Below are positions 63,572 to 64,000 of a stretch of 64,000 bases of DNA, in pieces. The position numbers and the translations under genes were made by a program. Where the stretch lies: the IMG/VR virus record IMGVR_UViG_3300022744_000022, positions 62,001 to 126,000 of that record. One strand, written 5' to 3'. Position 1 is the first letter of the stretch, and each line of letters starts with the position of its first letter. The notes beneath the pieces are model-generated. The model did not search any database and was not told the origin of the DNA. It saw only the letters and a list, made by a program, of their open reading frames with translations.

Positions 63572-64000
63572 ATGGCATCGACTCCCACGATTTCTACTTC
63601 ACAGAATGTTGAGCGTCACCGGACCTTGTTGGGCAAGGAGCCCACTGGGATTCAGGTCCGCCTGTACGAAAACTTCCCTACGTTCCGAGGCTTCTCGGAT
63701 AAGACCCTAAACCCCGAGGTCTTGGAGGCCGTGATCGTTTTGGGTCTGACCTTCGGTACGGCGCAGGATCGAGTCTTTGTGCTAGCCCCTGTAGCGCATG
63801 AGGACTGGGTGCTCGAAGAGTTCAACAAGGTCACGGACCTTGTGTTCAACGAGTGCAAGAAGCACCCGCACCGAGCCCGAGTCGCCAAAGCTTACGGCAC
63901 GCTGTTCAAGAAGATGGCCATCATGGGTCGGCTGTTGCAGTTCAAGGAGGAGCCTGTTCGTTGGGTTTCGTTCGGTTTCTCCGCAGAAGATCCGATCCCT
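63572..64000 (+). CDS. hypothetical protein, 3'-truncated by window end
   Basis: GGTGTA at 63557, 9 nt before ATG; open to the end (MASTPTISTSQNVERH...). Confidence 0.6.
   Translation, partial: MASTPTISTSQNVERHRTLLGKEPTGIQVRLYENFPTFRGFSDKTLNPEVLEAVIVLGLTFGTAQDRVFVLAPVAHEDWVLEEFNKVTDLVFNECKKHPHRARVAKAYGTLFKKMAIMGRLLQFKEEPVRWVSFGFSAEDPIP

Noticed and set aside
1-64000. Genome-wide stop-codon reassignment
   Set aside because: TAA, TAG and TGA all end conserved genes at sensible positions with tight packing; only one in-frame TGA case (38100) was seen.
1-64000. CRISPR array, tRNA or rRNA genes
   Set aside because: No regularly spaced repeats or cloverleaf/T-loop signatures were seen in the few intergenic gaps (31323-31559, 32379-32544, 37630-38030, 63253-63571). 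A covariance search was not possible.

Overview
A gene-dense segment (roughly 60% GC by eye) of a large, jumbo-type dsDNA bacteriophage genome. An outer-membrane-type protein and a lipoprotein point to a Gram-negative host; Myxococcota is a guess. No rRNA, tRNA, CRISPR array, integrase or capsid/terminase genes were seen. 1-44 kb is mostly + strand: a membrane-protein cassette, SAM decarboxylase, J-domain protein, a replication module (SNF2 helicase, loader-like protein, intein-containing DnaB, stand-alone primase Zn finger, PolA), a DUF2997/DUF1257/Ycf46-like AAA triad, nucleotide-metabolism genes, ClpX, a histone-H1-like protein, macrodomain/SLOG/DHH enzymes and a polyvalent protein ending in a type IB topoisomerase. 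44-59 kb is mostly - strand small accessory genes (Dam, RNase HII, fibre-like protein, NAD kinase, nucleotidyltransferase, HD protein). The most notable unexplained signals are: (1) unrelated proteins sharing an R-[VIL]-[AV]-x-R-[FY] tag and [KR]TA junction motifs, including a 959-aa beads-on-a-string protein, suggesting a capsid-loading and protease-processing system; (2) a 1.2-kb integrase-less element that splits a zinc-finger gene and reconstructs to a serine-integrase-like attP; (3) a GGTGTA motif about 10 nt upstream of many SD-less start codons, plus a bipartite AGAGTTT-N15-T(A/T) motif; (4) a switch-like structured leader upstream of the histone-like gene. All family assignments come from motif recognition by eye, not database searches.
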